50,459 bases of DNA from Prevotella sp. (GTDB lineage Bacteria > Bacteroidota > Bacteroidia > Bacteroidales > Dysgonomonadaceae). A program made the position numbers and the translations under genes. The stretch is taken from assembly GCA_031285625.1 (NCBI GenBank), contig JAITVV010000051.1, positions 1 to 50,459 on the forward strand, in the 5' to 3' direction. Below are positions 1-10,708 of this stretch, in pieces. The notes beneath the pieces are model-generated. The model ran no database searches. It was not told the origin of the DNA and worked only from the letters and a program-made list of their open reading frames with translations. Numbering within the stretch: position 1 is the stretch's first letter; every line of letters starts with the position of its first letter.

Positions 1-97
1 CTATATTGTTTCAAGTTAATAAGTAAGTAATCTCCATTACCAAAATTAACTAAAACTTATAGCTTATATTTTTGCTATCTATCCATCGCTTCCGATT

Positions 98-529
98 TTA
101 AACATAGGAACTTTTTATAGAATATTCAGTCCAGTCTGTAGTGCCGGATATTGCCAGGGGAGTAAAATTCTGGTATAAATTATCAGCAGATAAAGCTAAA
201 ACCATTTCCCCGGACGAGACATCCTGGCATTTTATATAAATATTGAACTCAACTTCTTTTCCATCAAAGCTCAGCGGTATAGTATTTGAGAAAGAAAGCA
301 TATTATTACTCCCTTCAGATGAGATCATAATGGAATTTTTACCATTATGTACTGCCATAGTATCTACAGATATAGTATATCCTTTACCCATCTTGTTCCA
401 GTTTACAGGCGATTGACTTTCCGTAGAAATATTCTCGAAATCGAGGTTAAAGTCATAGGGCGTCTTGTTGTTTTGTGCTACAACAATCATTGAAAAGCAT
501 AGAAAGAGAAGACCGATCAGTTTTTTCAT
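98..529 (-). CDS. Secreted hypothetical protein with a CBM/galactose-binding-like domain, probably truncated
   Basis: Signal peptide, then NLDFE..W..G.GY..D..H.GKNS and GTTDWTEYSI motifs. These resemble the N-terminal domain of Bacteroidetes S41 peptidase/esterase proteins. The ORF ends abruptly. Confidence 0.5.
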   Translation of the reverse strand: MKKLIGLLFLCFSMIVVAQNNKTPYDFNLDFENISTESQSPVNWNKMGKGYTISVDTMAVHNGKNSIMISSEGSNNMLSFSNTIPLSFDGKEVEFNIYIKCQDVSSGEMVLALSADNLYQNFTPLAISGTTDWTEYSIKSSYV

Positions 530-675
530 ACTATTAGTTTTAAGTATTTAAAAGAATTCTTTGTAATACTATAGAGTAAAAAAATATGGATATTCCACAA
601 ATGAATTTAATGGAATTGATAAATATTTATAACTATCGAAAAAGAAGGATTATAATCAAAAAAAATATCTTTTTG

Positions 676-706
676 TTTGCTTTTATGAAAAAATGAAATA
701 ACTTTG
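676..706 (+). promoter_or_regulatory. Bacteroidetes housekeeping promoter for the leu operon leader
   Basis: TTTG (676-679), 19-nt spacer, TAACTTTG (699-706); matches the -33/-7 consensus. Confidence 0.65.
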
Positions 707-727
707 TCATCCAATAATAAAAACAAA

Positions 728-787
728 ATGAATTTACATAGTAATATTATTAGTTCACTCATTCTGCTCTGGAGAAATTTAGGGTGA
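728..787 (+). CDS. Putative leu operon leader peptide MNLHSNIISSLILLWRNLG
   Basis: 19-codon ORF with 5 Leu and 3 Ile codons, lying between the promoter and a terminator hairpin upstream of leuA. Confidence 0.7.
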   Translation: MNLHSNIISSLILLWRNLG

Positions 788-825
788 GCATTGCTATGTA
801 GTATATTTAATAAAGAAAAAACTAG

Positions 826-863
826 AGCCTTTCTCACTCGTAACAGATGAGAAGGGCTTTTTT
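826..863 (+). terminator. Attenuator terminator upstream of leuA
   Basis: 11-bp stem AGCCTTTCTCA/TGAGAAGGGCT (one G-U) followed by a T run. Confidence 0.8.
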
Positions 864-896
864 GTGTAGTAAGCTAATTATATAATAAAAAAAGTT

Positions 897-2387
897 ATGG
901 ACAAGTTATTTATTTTTGACACCACCCTGAGAGATGGAGAGCAAGTACCAGGTTGCCAGTTGAACACAATTGAGAAAATCGAAGTAGCCAAGGCCCTCGA
1001 AATGCTCGGTGTGGATGTTATCGAAGCTGGTTTTCCGGTATCAAGCCCCGGGGACTTTAACTCGGTAGTCGAGATATCTAAAGCCGTAACTTGGCCAACT
1101 ATATGTGCTCTTACACGTGCAGTGGAAAAAGATATTGAAGTAGCAGCCGACGCCTTGAAATATGCAAAGAAGAAACGTATACATACGGGTATCGGAACGT
1201 CCGAATATCATATCAAATATAAATTTAACTCCACACAGGAAGAAATTCTTGAACGTGCGATTGCTTGTGTTAAATATGCAAAACGTTATGTAGAAGATGT
1301 CGAGTTTTATGCAGAAGATGCAGGACGCACCGATAATGCTTATCTGGCGCAGGTTGTACAGGCTGTAGTAAATGCCGGGGCTACTGTTGTAAATATACCG
1401 GATACTACAGGTTACTGTTTACCAACGGAATATGGTGCTAAAATAAAATACTTGATAGATAATGTGGATATGAAGAATGCAATTCTTTCTACACACTGTC
1501 ATCAGGATCTGGGGATGGCTACAGCCAACTCAATTATGGGTGTCCTTAATGGAGCGCGTCAGGTAGAGGTAACCATCAATGGTATTGGTGAACGTGCAGG
1601 AAATACTTCACTGGAGGAGGTTGTTATGGCTATCAGAAGTCATAAGGAATTGGATATAGAGACAAATATTAATACACAAAAGATATATCCTACCAGCCGT
1701 ATGATTTCAAGTTTGATGAATATGCCTGTTCAGCCTAATAAGGCAATCGTCGGACGTAATGCATTTGCCCATTCATCAGGCATTCATCAGGATGGTGTGC
1801 TTAAGAATCTTTCTACATATGAAATAATTGATCCGAAAGATGTTGGAATTGATGATAATGCGATTGTACTTACTGCCCGAAGTGGACGTGCCGCATTAAA
1901 AAATAGATTAAATTTGCTTGGAATTGAAGTAAATGATGATTTACTTGCAGAATATTATCAGCGTTTTCTTGAATTGGCCGATCGCAAGAAAGACATTACT
2001 GACGAAGATCTGCTGATTATTGCCGGGAAGGAAACAAACAAAATGCACCGTATCAAATTGGATTATTTACAGGTAATATCCGGTCTTGGTATTCGCAATG
2101 TAGCAAATGTCGGACTTGATATTGCTGGGGAAAAATTTGAGGCTTCGTCTTCTGGTAATGGGCCTGTTGATGCTGCTATAAGTGCAATAAAGCAAATTAT
2201 CCGTCGCCAGATGGTTATTGAAGAGTTCCTTATTCAGGCTATTAACAGGGGAAGCGATGATACCGGAAAAGTTCATATGCAAGTTTCGCATGAAGGAATG
2301 AACTATTATGGATTTTCAGCAAATACGGATATTGTAACAGCTTCGGCAGAAGCATTTATAAATGCCGTTAACAAATTTGTAAATTGA
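897..2387 (+). CDS. leuA: 2-isopropylmalate synthase
   Basis: [22 protein letters not shown] and HSSGIHQDG motifs, plus C-terminal regulatory domain (GNGPVDA). Confidence 0.96.
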   Translation: MDKLFIFDTTLRDGEQVPGCQLNTIEKIEVAKALEMLGVDVIEAGFPVSSPGDFNSVVEISKAVTWPTICALTRAVEKDIEVAADALKYAKKKRIHTGIGTSEYHIKYKFNSTQEEILERAIACVKYAKRYVEDVEFYAEDAGRTDNAYLAQVVQAVVNAGATVVNIPDTTGYCLPTEYGAKIKYLIDNVDMKNAILSTHCHQDLGMATANSIMGVLNGARQVEVTINGIGERAGNTSLEEVVMAIRSHKELDIETNINTQKIYPTSRMISSLMNMPVQPNKAIVGRNAFAHSSGIHQDGVLKNLSTYEIIDPKDVGIDDNAIVLTARSGRAALKNRLNLLGIEVNDDLLAEYYQRFLELADRKKDITDEDLLIIAGKETNKMHRIKLDYLQVISGLGIRNVANVGLDIAGEKFEASSSGNGPVDAAISAIKQIIRRQMVIEEFLIQAINRGSDDTGKVHMQVSHEGMNYYGFSANTDIVTASAEAFINAVNKFVN

Positions 2388-2406
2388 TTTTAGAGTAATA
2401 AATTGT

Positions 2407-2438
2407 AAGTTTAAGTCATAAATTATGACTTCGAACTT
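2407..2438. repeat. Intergenic inverted repeat/hairpin
   Basis: AAGTTTAAGTCATAA...TTATGACTTCGAACTT between leuA and the acyltransferase. Confidence 0.55.
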
Positions 2439-2450
2439 TAAATTAGATAA

Positions 2451-3530
2451 ATGGAGCCTAAGAAATATCAATATATTGATAGCTTAAGAGGAATTGCAAT
2501 TCTTTTGGTGGTGCTAGTGCATGTTGGTATTGTTTTGGATAATACAATAGATTATTTTCCCAAAGACAGCCTTTTATTATCAATTATAGGGAATGGCGCG
2601 TACGGTGTGCAACTATTTCTGATTGTGAGTGCATATACTTTGACAATGTCACATTATAATAGGTTGAATGAACCGAACAAGAATCGGAATTTTTTTATAC
2701 GTCGTTTCTTCAGAATAGCTCCGATGTATTATATTGCTATAATATATTTTACATTAGATAAGTATCTGCAGTTTGATTTTGTAAATCCTGATTTTTCGGT
2801 AATCCCTGTACGTTCTTTATTGAGTAATGTGTTTTTTACCAGTGCGTTGATACCCGAACATACAAATAATTATGTACCTGGGGGTTGGTCTGTTTCTGTT
2901 GAGTTTTTGTTTTATCTAATACTACCTTTTATCTGTAGTAAGATTAAGACAATTAATTCAGCGTTACTATTATTCCTGTCTACTTTAACATTGGCTCTTA
3001 TTGTAGACCCATTTATAAGAGAACATACAATATATCCATATTTTCATGAATATAATTTCTTTGTGCAGTTGCCTGTTTTCCCATTAGGGATATTGGCTTA
3101 TTTCTTTCTGAATAGAGAACAGCACCATATAAAACCAGTAACATGGGTGTTTGCGGCCATTATGGTACTTGTATTTTGCTATATCGCTATACCTAAGCAT
3201 ATAATGTTCAGTTTCGTATTTATGTTGTTACTGATTATACAGGGAAAATATAACTTTAAACTGTTCTCTAACAGATTTTTTTCAGAGGTAGGAAAAGTGA
3301 GTTTCAGTATGTATTTGATACATTTTGCAGTTATTTATTTATTTAACCGGTTTGGATTCTATCATGTTGTAAATATTACTGATTTTTGGACTTCTCTACT
3401 CAATTTCGCACTAATGTATATTATTGTTGCCGGAGTGGCTTTTGCCATATCCAGCGTTACATACCGACTTATAGAGGTTCCCGGACAAAATTTAGGTAGA
3501 AGATTAATTAAAAAACTAGAACAAGATTAA
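2451..3530 (+). CDS. Acyltransferase-3 family (OafA/YrhL-like) membrane O-acyltransferase
   Basis: [43 protein letters not shown] and SFSMYLIH motifs; many TM helices. Confidence 0.88.
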   Translation: MEPKKYQYIDSLRGIAILLVVLVHVGIVLDNTIDYFPKDSLLLSIIGNGAYGVQLFLIVSAYTLTMSHYNRLNEPNKNRNFFIRRFFRIAPMYYIAIIYFTLDKYLQFDFVNPDFSVIPVRSLLSNVFFTSALIPEHTNNYVPGGWSVSVEFLFYLILPFICSKIKTINSALLLFLSTLTLALIVDPFIREHTIYPYFHEYNFFVQLPVFPLGILAYFFLNREQHHIKPVTWVFAAIMVLVFCYIAIPKHIMFSFVFMLLLIIQGKYNFKLFSNRFFSEVGKVSFSMYLIHFAVIYLFNRFGFYHVVNITDFWTSLLNFALMYIIVAGVAFAISSVTYRLIEVPGQNLGRRLIKKLEQD

Positions 3531-3538
3531 TAATAAGT

Positions 3539-4930
3539 ATGAAAACTTTATTCGACAAAATTTGGGATGCCCATGTGGTGTCATCAGTAGAAAACGGCCC
3601 TACACAATTGTATATCGACCGCCATTTCTGTCACGAGGTTACCAGCCCACAGGCTTTTAACGGGCTTAGGGCAAGAGGACTGAAAGTATATCGTCCCGAG
3701 AAAACGACATTAACAGCCGATCATAATACACCGACTATTCATCAGGATCAGCCGGTAAAAGACCCTATCTCTCGCAATCAGCTAGATACTTTATCTAAAA
3801 ATGCAAAAGACTTTGGGCTTACTTTATATGCGTTGGGTGATAAGAAAAATGGAGTAGTACATATTATTGGACCCGAAAATGGATTTACTCAACCCGGAAT
3901 GACTATTGTTTGTGGTGATAGCCACACGTCTACACACGGGGCTTTCGGTGCTATTGCGTTTGGCATAGGAACCAGCGAAGTAGAGATGGTTCTGGCCACA
4001 CAATGTATCTTGCAAACCCGTCCGAAGACTATGCGTATCACTTTTAATGGAAAGTTAGGTGAGGGCGTTACTGCTAAAGATCTGGCATTATATATGATAT
4101 CCAAGCTAACTACAGGTGGTGCAACTGGCTATTTTGTTGAATATGCAGGCGAAGCTATCCGCAATATGTCGATGGAAGAGCGTATGACCTTGTGTAATCT
4201 TAGTATCGAGATGGGAGCCCGCGGAGGCCTTGTCGCTCCGGATGAAACAACATTTACATACGTAAAAGGACGTGAATTTGCCCCCAAAGGTGAAGCCTGG
4301 GATAAGGCACTGGCTTATTGGAAAACATTGAAAACAGATGAAGGAGCTAAGTTTGATAAAGAACTTACATTTGATGCTGCTGATATAAAACCAATGATAA
4401 CTTATGGAACAAATCCGGGTATGGGTATGGGAATTAATGAATCGATACCTACTCTTGATCAGATTGATGAAGCCGGACGTATTTCATTTCAGAAGTCGGT
4501 GGATTATATGGGATTCAAACCGGGTGAAAAGGTTGAAGGTAAGCAGATCGATTATGTATTCTTAGGTAGCTGTACAAATGGACGTATCGAAGATTTCCGC
4601 ACATTTGCCAATTTCGTAAAAGGAAAGAAGAAAGCTGATAATGTAATCGCCTGGCTGGTTCCCGGTAGTCATATGGTAGTTGACCAGATTAAGGCTGAAG
4701 GGCTGGATAAGATATTAACTGATGCTGGATTCGAGCTTCGTCAACCGGGATGCTCTGCATGTCTGGCTATGAACGATGATAAGGTGCCTGCAGGAAAATA
4801 TGCAGTATCTACATCAAACCGTAACTTTGAAGGTCGTCAGGGTCCTGGTGCACGTACTATCCTTGCCGGACCGTTAGTAGCTGCAGCTGCAGCTGTAACA
4901 GGAAAAATTACAGATCCGAGGAATTTCTAA
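3539..4930 (+). CDS. leuC: 3-isopropylmalate dehydratase large subunit
   Basis: [35 protein letters not shown] and [12 protein letters not shown] motifs. Confidence 0.97.
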   Translation: MKTLFDKIWDAHVVSSVENGPTQLYIDRHFCHEVTSPQAFNGLRARGLKVYRPEKTTLTADHNTPTIHQDQPVKDPISRNQLDTLSKNAKDFGLTLYALGDKKNGVVHIIGPENGFTQPGMTIVCGDSHTSTHGAFGAIAFGIGTSEVEMVLATQCILQTRPKTMRITFNGKLGEGVTAKDLALYMISKLTTGGATGYFVEYAGEAIRNMSMEERMTLCNLSIEMGARGGLVAPDETTFTYVKGREFAPKGEAWDKALAYWKTLKTDEGAKFDKELTFDAADIKPMITYGTNPGMGMGINESIPTLDQIDEAGRISFQKSVDYMGFKPGEKVEGKQIDYVFLGSCTNGRIEDFRTFANFVKGKKKADNVIAWLVPGSHMVVDQIKAEGLDKILTDAGFELRQPGCSACLAMNDDKVPAGKYAVSTSNRNFEGRQGPGARTILAGPLVAAAAAVTGKITDPRNF

Positions 4931-4935
4931 TAATC

Positions 4936-5001
4936 TGTCATATGAGCGTAACGAAGTATCTCGTGATTATAGAGAGATTCTTCACTTTGTTCAGAATGAC
5001 A
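4936..5001. repeat. Degenerate REP-like palindromic element (TGTCAT...ATGACA type)
   Basis: TGTCATATGAGCGTAACGAAGTATCTC and GAGATTCTTCACTTTGTTCAGAATGACA form imperfect inverted arms. Confidence 0.65.
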
Positions 5002-5040
5002 CAGGATATAATAATTCGTTCATAATACATAAAAAGAAAA

Positions 5041-5631
5041 ATGGAAAAATTTCAAACACTTACATCAACATATGTACCACTTCCTATCGAGAATGTGGAC
5101 ACAGACCAGATTATACCGGCTCGCTTTTTGAAAGCCACAGACAAAGAGGGTTTTGGAAATAATCTTTTTGCCGACTGGCGCTACAACAAGGATGGAAGCC
5201 CCAAAGCTGATTTCGTATTGAATAATCCTACATATAGTGGGCAGATTTTGGTTGCCGGAAAGAATTTTGGTAGTGGTTCCAGTCGCGAACATGCTGCATG
5301 GGCAGTAGCCGGATATGGATTTAAGGCAGTAGTTTCAAGTTTCTTTGCGGATATATTCAGGAATAACTCTTTAAATAACGGAGTGTTACCGGTAGTGGTT
5401 ACACCGGAGTTTCTTTCTGAGATTTTTGACAATGTAAATGCTGATCCTAAAGCAACATTGACTATCGATTTGGAAAAACAAACCATAACCAATGATACTA
5501 CGGGTAAATTCGAATCGTTTGAAATAAACCCTTACAAAAAGGAATGTCTGATGAAAGGTCTTGATGATATTGACTATCTGCTTTCTAAAAAAGAACAAAC
5601 TGAAAAGTACGAGAAAGAGCATACTTTGTAA
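5041..5631 (+). CDS. leuD: 3-isopropylmalate dehydratase small subunit
   Basis: [24 protein letters not shown] and FADIFRNN motifs. Confidence 0.97.
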   Translation: MEKFQTLTSTYVPLPIENVDTDQIIPARFLKATDKEGFGNNLFADWRYNKDGSPKADFVLNNPTYSGQILVAGKNFGSGSSREHAAWAVAGYGFKAVVSSFFADIFRNNSLNNGVLPVVVTPEFLSEIFDNVNADPKATLTIDLEKQTITNDTTGKFESFEINPYKKECLMKGLDDIDYLLSKKEQTEKYEKEHTL

Positions 5632-5683
5632 TCAGTCTCCTGTATAAGGAGAAAATCAGGATACTTAAAACCCGGATTATAAT

Positions 5684-8137
5684 ATGAAAAATATCATCGT
5701 ATTCTTGTCTTTGTTTGTCTTCGTTTCTGTGAATATGCGTTCTCAGGAAATTCTTACACCTGTTTCATTCGATAAGGTAACTCTTACTGATAATTTTTGG
5801 AGTAACCGTATGAAAATTCAGAAAGAAGTGCTTGTGCCTGTGGCATTTGAACGTACAGAAATAGCCGTGGAGGACCTGAGGCGTACAGCAAATTACCTGA
5901 AAGGAGTGGAAGGTCCTTTGCCTTCCGATAGTAGATTCAGCACTTCGGACTTGTTTAAGGTACTGGAAGGGGCCGCTTATCTGTTGAAGATGGAGCGAGA
6001 TCCAAAGCTTGAGAAACAGATTGATGATATTGCTGATATTATTGCACAGGCCCAGAAAGAAGATGGATATTTATATCCTCCGCATATTACGGGTTCGTAC
6101 AAGACTGCCCCGTTGTGGGGTGGCGCAGGTATGGGTGATAAGCCTTACTCGTGGGTAGTACATAGTCATGAACTATATAATATGGGGCATATGTATGAGG
6201 CTGCCGCAGCATATTATCAGGCAACGGGGAAAAAGAACCTGTTGGATATCGCTGAAAAAAGTGCGAAACATATTAATAAAGTATTCTTTGAAGGGGATGC
6301 GAATTATAATAATGGAAAGCCCGTTAATCAGGCTCCCGGACATGAAGAAATTGAAATAGCCCTGGTAAAGTTATATCGTGTAACAGGAAATAACCTGTAC
6401 CTTGATATGGCGAAGAAATTTGTTGATATCAGAGGTGTAACTTACGTACCCGACGGAGAAGGTACTATGTCTCCTGAATATGCACAACAACAAGCTCCGG
6501 TCAGAGAACAGGATGAAGCTGTTGGTCATGCCGTAAGGGCTGTATATCTATACTCCGGTATGTCTGATATTGGTACATTAAGTAATGATCCTACACTATC
6601 TCCTGCATTGGATAAGATATGGCATAATATTGTAGATACCCGTATGCATATAACAGGAGGGCTCGGGGCCATACATGGAATAGAGGGCTTTGGGCCTGAA
6701 TACGAATTACCAAATAAGGAAGCATATAATGAAACTTGTGCAGCGGTAGGAAATGTATTCTTTAACCATCGTATGTTCCTGCTCGAAAAAGACGGTAAAT
6801 ATATGGATGTTGCAGAGGTTGCTTTACTGAATAATGTACTGGCAGGAGTAAATCTTGATGGTGATAAATTCTTTTATGTAAATCCTCTTGCTTCAGATGG
6901 CATGGTAGACCGCTCGCATTGGTTTGGTACAGCCTGCTGTCCTACCAATCTGGCACGGCTTATACCTCAGGTTTCAGGATTAATGTATGCTCATACTGAT
7001 AATGAAATATATTGCTCTTTTTATACGGGTAGCAGTGTAAACTTTGATCTTTCTTCTGGTAAGGTTGCTCTTGATCAAAAGACGGATTATCCTTTTGATG
7101 AAAGTGTTAGCTTAACTGTAAGTCCGGAAAAAGATAATCAGCAGTTTTCTATAAAAATGAGAATCCCTACATGGACAGGTGCTCAGTTTGTTCCGGGTAA
7201 ACTGTATAATTATATCGATGATAATTCCAAACAATGGGAATTGTACGTTAACGATAAAAAAGTAAATACTATAGTCAATAAAGGTTTTGTCTCTATTACC
7301 AGAAAATGGAAAAAAGGAGATAAAGTAGAATTAAAGCTTCCGATGCCGGTACATTACTCTCATGCTATTGATGAAGTAAAAGCAGATAATGGAAGGATTG
7401 CAGTAACCAGAGGCCCTTTAGTTTACTGTGCCGAAGGTATTGATAATGAGGCGTCACTCAATCGTTATTTTATTAGTGGATATCCTAACGGAATCAATGT
7501 AAATTATTCTCAATCGGGAAAACTTAAAGGTATAGAAACTGTCAGCCTTTCAGCTCAATATATTAGTGCAGATGGTACTGTTAATAACACACAGTTAAAT
7601 ATGATTCCATACTATGCATGGAATAACAGAGGCATTTCGCAAATGAATGTCTGGTTTCCCGAATCGGAAAGTATCGCAAGGGAGAACATCTCTGAAATAT
7701 CTTTATTATTGAAGGACATCAAAGCATCATATACAAACGAAGGGGAAGATGTTAATTCGATAGTAGATGGGAAATATCCGGAAAGCTCATCAGATACTCA
7801 TGTTCAGCGTTGGACTTCCTGGTCACAAAAAGGGAAAGAGCAAACAATAGAATTTACATTTGAGAAACCTATTGATATAAAAGCCTTTTCTGTATACTGG
7901 TATGATGATAACGGAGGAGTACAAATGCCTGTTTCATGGGATCTGGAATATAGGGATGATGGCATTTGGAAAGTTTTTCCTCTATATAGTACCGATTCAT
8001 ATAGTTTAATAAAAGATCAGTTTAATCTTGTACACTCAGATGGCGGTTCATTTGTTGTAAAAGAACTCAGACTGAATATGAAACCGAAAGCCAATAGTGC
8101 AGTCGGCATATTACAAGTGAAATTTGATACCAAATAA
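5684..8137 (+). CDS. Glycoside hydrolase family 127 (beta-L-arabinofuranosidase-like), secreted, with C-terminal F5/8-like domain
   Basis: Signal peptide; HELYNMGH, GHEE, GHAVR, ETCAAVG and ACCP motifs; IPYYAWNNRG. Confidence 0.88.
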   Translation: MKNIIVFLSLFVFVSVNMRSQEILTPVSFDKVTLTDNFWSNRMKIQKEVLVPVAFERTEIAVEDLRRTANYLKGVEGPLPSDSRFSTSDLFKVLEGAAYLLKMERDPKLEKQIDDIADIIAQAQKEDGYLYPPHITGSYKTAPLWGGAGMGDKPYSWVVHSHELYNMGHMYEAAAAYYQATGKKNLLDIAEKSAKHINKVFFEGDANYNNGKPVNQAPGHEEIEIALVKLYRVTGNNLYLDMAKKFVDIRGVTYVPDGEGTMSPEYAQQQAPVREQDEAVGHAVRAVYLYSGMSDIGTLSNDPTLSPALDKIWHNIVDTRMHITGGLGAIHGIEGFGPEYELPNKEAYNETCAAVGNVFFNHRMFLLEKDGKYMDVAEVALLNNVLAGVNLDGDKFFYVNPLASDGMVDRSHWFGTACCPTNLARLIPQVSGLMYAHTDNEIYCSFYTGSSVNFDLSSGKVALDQKTDYPFDESVSLTVSPEKDNQQFSIKMRIPTWTGAQFVPGKLYNYIDDNSKQWELYVNDKKVNTIVNKGFVSITRKWKKGDKVELKLPMPVHYSHAIDEVKADNGRIAVTRGPLVYCAEGIDNEASLNRYFISGYPNGINVNYSQSGKLKGIETVSLSAQYISADGTVNNTQLNMIPYYAWNNRGISQMNVWFPESESIARENISEISLLLKDIKASYTNEGEDVNSIVDGKYPESSSDTHVQRWTSWSQKGKEQTIEFTFEKPIDIKAFSVYWYDDNGGVQMPVSWDLEYRDDGIWKVFPLYSTDSYSLIKDQFNLVHSDGGSFVVKELRLNMKPKANSAVGILQVKFDTK

Positions 8138-8161
8138 TTAAAATAGATTCACGAAACAGCT

Positions 8162-9673
8162 ATGATAGAAATAATGGATACTACCCTGAGAGACGGCGAA
8201 CAAACATCCAGTGTTTCGTTCTCTGCTCAGGAAAAAATGAGTATAGCGCACCTGCTGCTTGTCGATCTCGGTGTAAACCGTATCGAAGTGGCTTCTGCCC
8301 GTGTTTCGGAAGGTGAATTCGAGACAGTAAAAAAGATTGCCGGATGGGCAGCTGCCACAGGGCATATCGATAAGATAGAAATACTTGGGTTTATAGATAA
8401 GGGGGCTTCTCTTAACTGGATAAAGGATGCAGGCTGTAAAACGATAAATCTCTTAACCAAAGGTTCGTACAAACATGTTACAGAGCAGTTGCGTAAAACA
8501 CCCGAGCAACATCTTCAGGATGTTAAGGCAGAAGTAGAACTTGCCCAAAAGCTGGGTATTACAGTAAATGTATATCTTGAGGACTGGTCTAACGGTATTA
8601 TAAATTCCGAAGATTACGTCTATTATATGATGGATGGAATGAAAGACCTTCCTATTAAGCGTTTTATGATTCCCGATACATTAGGAGTACTGAATCCTCA
8701 TAGCACCTGGCGGTGCTGCCGCCGTATGATAAACCGTTATCCTAATCTGCATTTCGATTTCCATGCTCATAACGATTATGACCTTGCTGTCGCTAATACA
8801 ATGGTTGCTGCCGAAGTAGGAGTAAAGGGTGTACATCTTACTATGAATGGACTGGGGGAAAGGGCTGGAAACGCATCTTTAGCCAGTGTGATCGCCGTAT
8901 TTCATGATCAATTGAAGATAAAGACCTCGATCAGGGAAGAATATATAAACAGGGTAAGCCGTGTTGTTGAATCTTATTCAGGGCAGACAATATCAGCTAA
9001 TCAGCCTATTGTAGGAGACAATGTATTTACTCAATGTGCCGGAATACATGCTGACGGAGACAATAAGAATAATCTCTATTTCAATGATCTTTTCCCCGAG
9101 CGTTTTGGGCGTGTGCGTGAGTATGCATTAGGTAAATTATCTGGCAAATCCAATATCCGAAAAAATATTGAAGCTCTTGGTATAGAATTGGATGAGGCAG
9201 ATATGATGAAGGTAACAAACCGTGTGATCGAACTAGGTGATAAAAAAGAGATTATCACACAGGATGACTTGCCATATATCATTTCAGATGTACTGAAAAA
9301 TAATGAAAAAGAGAAACGGATCAAAATATTATCCTTTGCTTTTGTACTCACCAAAGGCTTGCGTCCTACCGCCACAGTGAAAGTAGAGATCGACAGACAG
9401 GAATATGAATGGACTGCTCCCGGTGATGGTCAGTATCATGCCTTTTCTAAGGCTCTATGGAAGATATATACAAGATTGAATAAACCAATTCCTAATTTGA
9501 TTAATTATACGGTGTATATTCCACCGGGCGGCCGTACTGATGCTTTGGTACAAACTGTTATAACCTGGGAATTTAATGGTAAGACTTTCAAAACAAGGGG
9601 CCTTGATGCCGACCAGACCGAAGCTGCAGTAAAAGCAACAGAAAAGATGTTGAATATGATAGAGGATATGTGA
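8162..9673 (+). CDS. cimA: Citramalate synthase (LeuA family paralog)
   Basis: [22 protein letters not shown] and GLGERAGN motifs; occupies the leuD-leuB position typical of Bacteroidales. Confidence 0.85.
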   Translation: MIEIMDTTLRDGEQTSSVSFSAQEKMSIAHLLLVDLGVNRIEVASARVSEGEFETVKKIAGWAAATGHIDKIEILGFIDKGASLNWIKDAGCKTINLLTKGSYKHVTEQLRKTPEQHLQDVKAEVELAQKLGITVNVYLEDWSNGIINSEDYVYYMMDGMKDLPIKRFMIPDTLGVLNPHSTWRCCRRMINRYPNLHFDFHAHNDYDLAVANTMVAAEVGVKGVHLTMNGLGERAGNASLASVIAVFHDQLKIKTSIREEYINRVSRVVESYSGQTISANQPIVGDNVFTQCAGIHADGDNKNNLYFNDLFPERFGRVREYALGKLSGKSNIRKNIEALGIELDEADMMKVTNRVIELGDKKEIITQDDLPYIISDVLKNNEKEKRIKILSFAFVLTKGLRPTATVKVEIDRQEYEWTAPGDGQYHAFSKALWKIYTRLNKPIPNLINYTVYIPPGGRTDALVQTVITWEFNGKTFKTRGLDADQTEAAVKATEKMLNMIEDM

Positions 9674-9682
9674 TCGGTTCAG

Positions 9683-10687
9683 ATGAAAGAAGAAAGAATA
9701 GAGTGGGTAGATATAGCTAGAGGAATTGGTATAGGATGTGTTGTTATGGGGCATATCTTTTCATCCCAGATGCTGGCTCATAAAGTTATATTCTTGTTCC
9801 ATATACCTCTTTTCTTTTTTGTGAGCGGTTTTTTGTATAAAAGACAATCAGATAATAAAGCATATATAATTAAGAAAGCTAAAAGCTTGCTTGTACCCTA
9901 TTTTTCAGTATTTGCTTTTGTCTTTCCTATTCTTATTTTTGCTTATATGCCTGAAGGTTATACACTCAATATGATAGCATGGGATACATTGTATTATGTG
10001 CTTGGCGGGTGTTATCTGAGAGGACTGGTCTATGATATATTTATAGCAATGTGGTTTATTACCTGCTTATTCCTTGTACAGGTTATTTATAATTATATAC
10101 AGACAAGATTTAAAGAGCAAACTATCCATGTTGTTATATTCATAATGCTTATTGGGGCTTATATAAATAGTATAATTTATCCAGGTTTCTGGCTTCCATG
10201 GTCAGCCAATGTAACTCTAATGGCAATACCTGTTTATCACTTGGGTTATATATCCAGACAGATTAATGTGGATAAATATTCAATATTATTTATTATTGCC
10301 GGGCTTTTAATCTGTGCAAGTCTTATTGTATTTCCGCAGAACACTTTTGATATGATGCGCAATAGTTATGGTATTCCCTTTGTTACTCTTATTTCTGCTA
10401 TTATCTGCATTTATATGGTAAGGTATATATCTGTAATTATTGCTAAAAACAGTATATTGAAAAGGATATTATCCGAATTTGGAAAAGCTTCACTTGTTAT
10501 TATGGCTTTCCACTTGCCGGTATATCAACTTCTATGGAAATATTTTGAGATAAGTTCGATTCCGGCTATCATTGTAATTACAATAATCCCTTATCTGTTT
10601 TATCGTATATTTGATAAATTTAAAATAACACAGATGCTTTTTTTAGGTAAATTCACCAAGATTAATAATTCGAATAAACAAGATTAA
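9683..10687 (+). CDS. Acyltransferase-3 family membrane protein (YkrP-like)
   Basis: RIEWVDIARGIGI..VVMGH, FHIPLFFFVSG, KKAKSLLVPY and MWFITCLF motifs; multi-TM. Confidence 0.85.
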   Translation: MKEERIEWVDIARGIGIGCVVMGHIFSSQMLAHKVIFLFHIPLFFFVSGFLYKRQSDNKAYIIKKAKSLLVPYFSVFAFVFPILIFAYMPEGYTLNMIAWDTLYYVLGGCYLRGLVYDIFIAMWFITCLFLVQVIYNYIQTRFKEQTIHVVIFIMLIGAYINSIIYPGFWLPWSANVTLMAIPVYHLGYISRQINVDKYSILFIIAGLLICASLIVFPQNTFDMMRNSYGIPFVTLISAIICIYMVRYISVIIAKNSILKRILSEFGKASLVIMAFHLPVYQLLWKYFEISSIPAIIVITIIPYLFYRIFDKFKITQMLFLGKFTKINNSNKQD

Positions 10688-10708
10688 TAATTTTCTAAAA
10701 TACACATA

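Noticed and set aside
607-837. 76-aa minus-strand ORF
   Set aside because: It is antisense to the leu promoter, leader and attenuator, low in complexity and matches no family; likely spurious.
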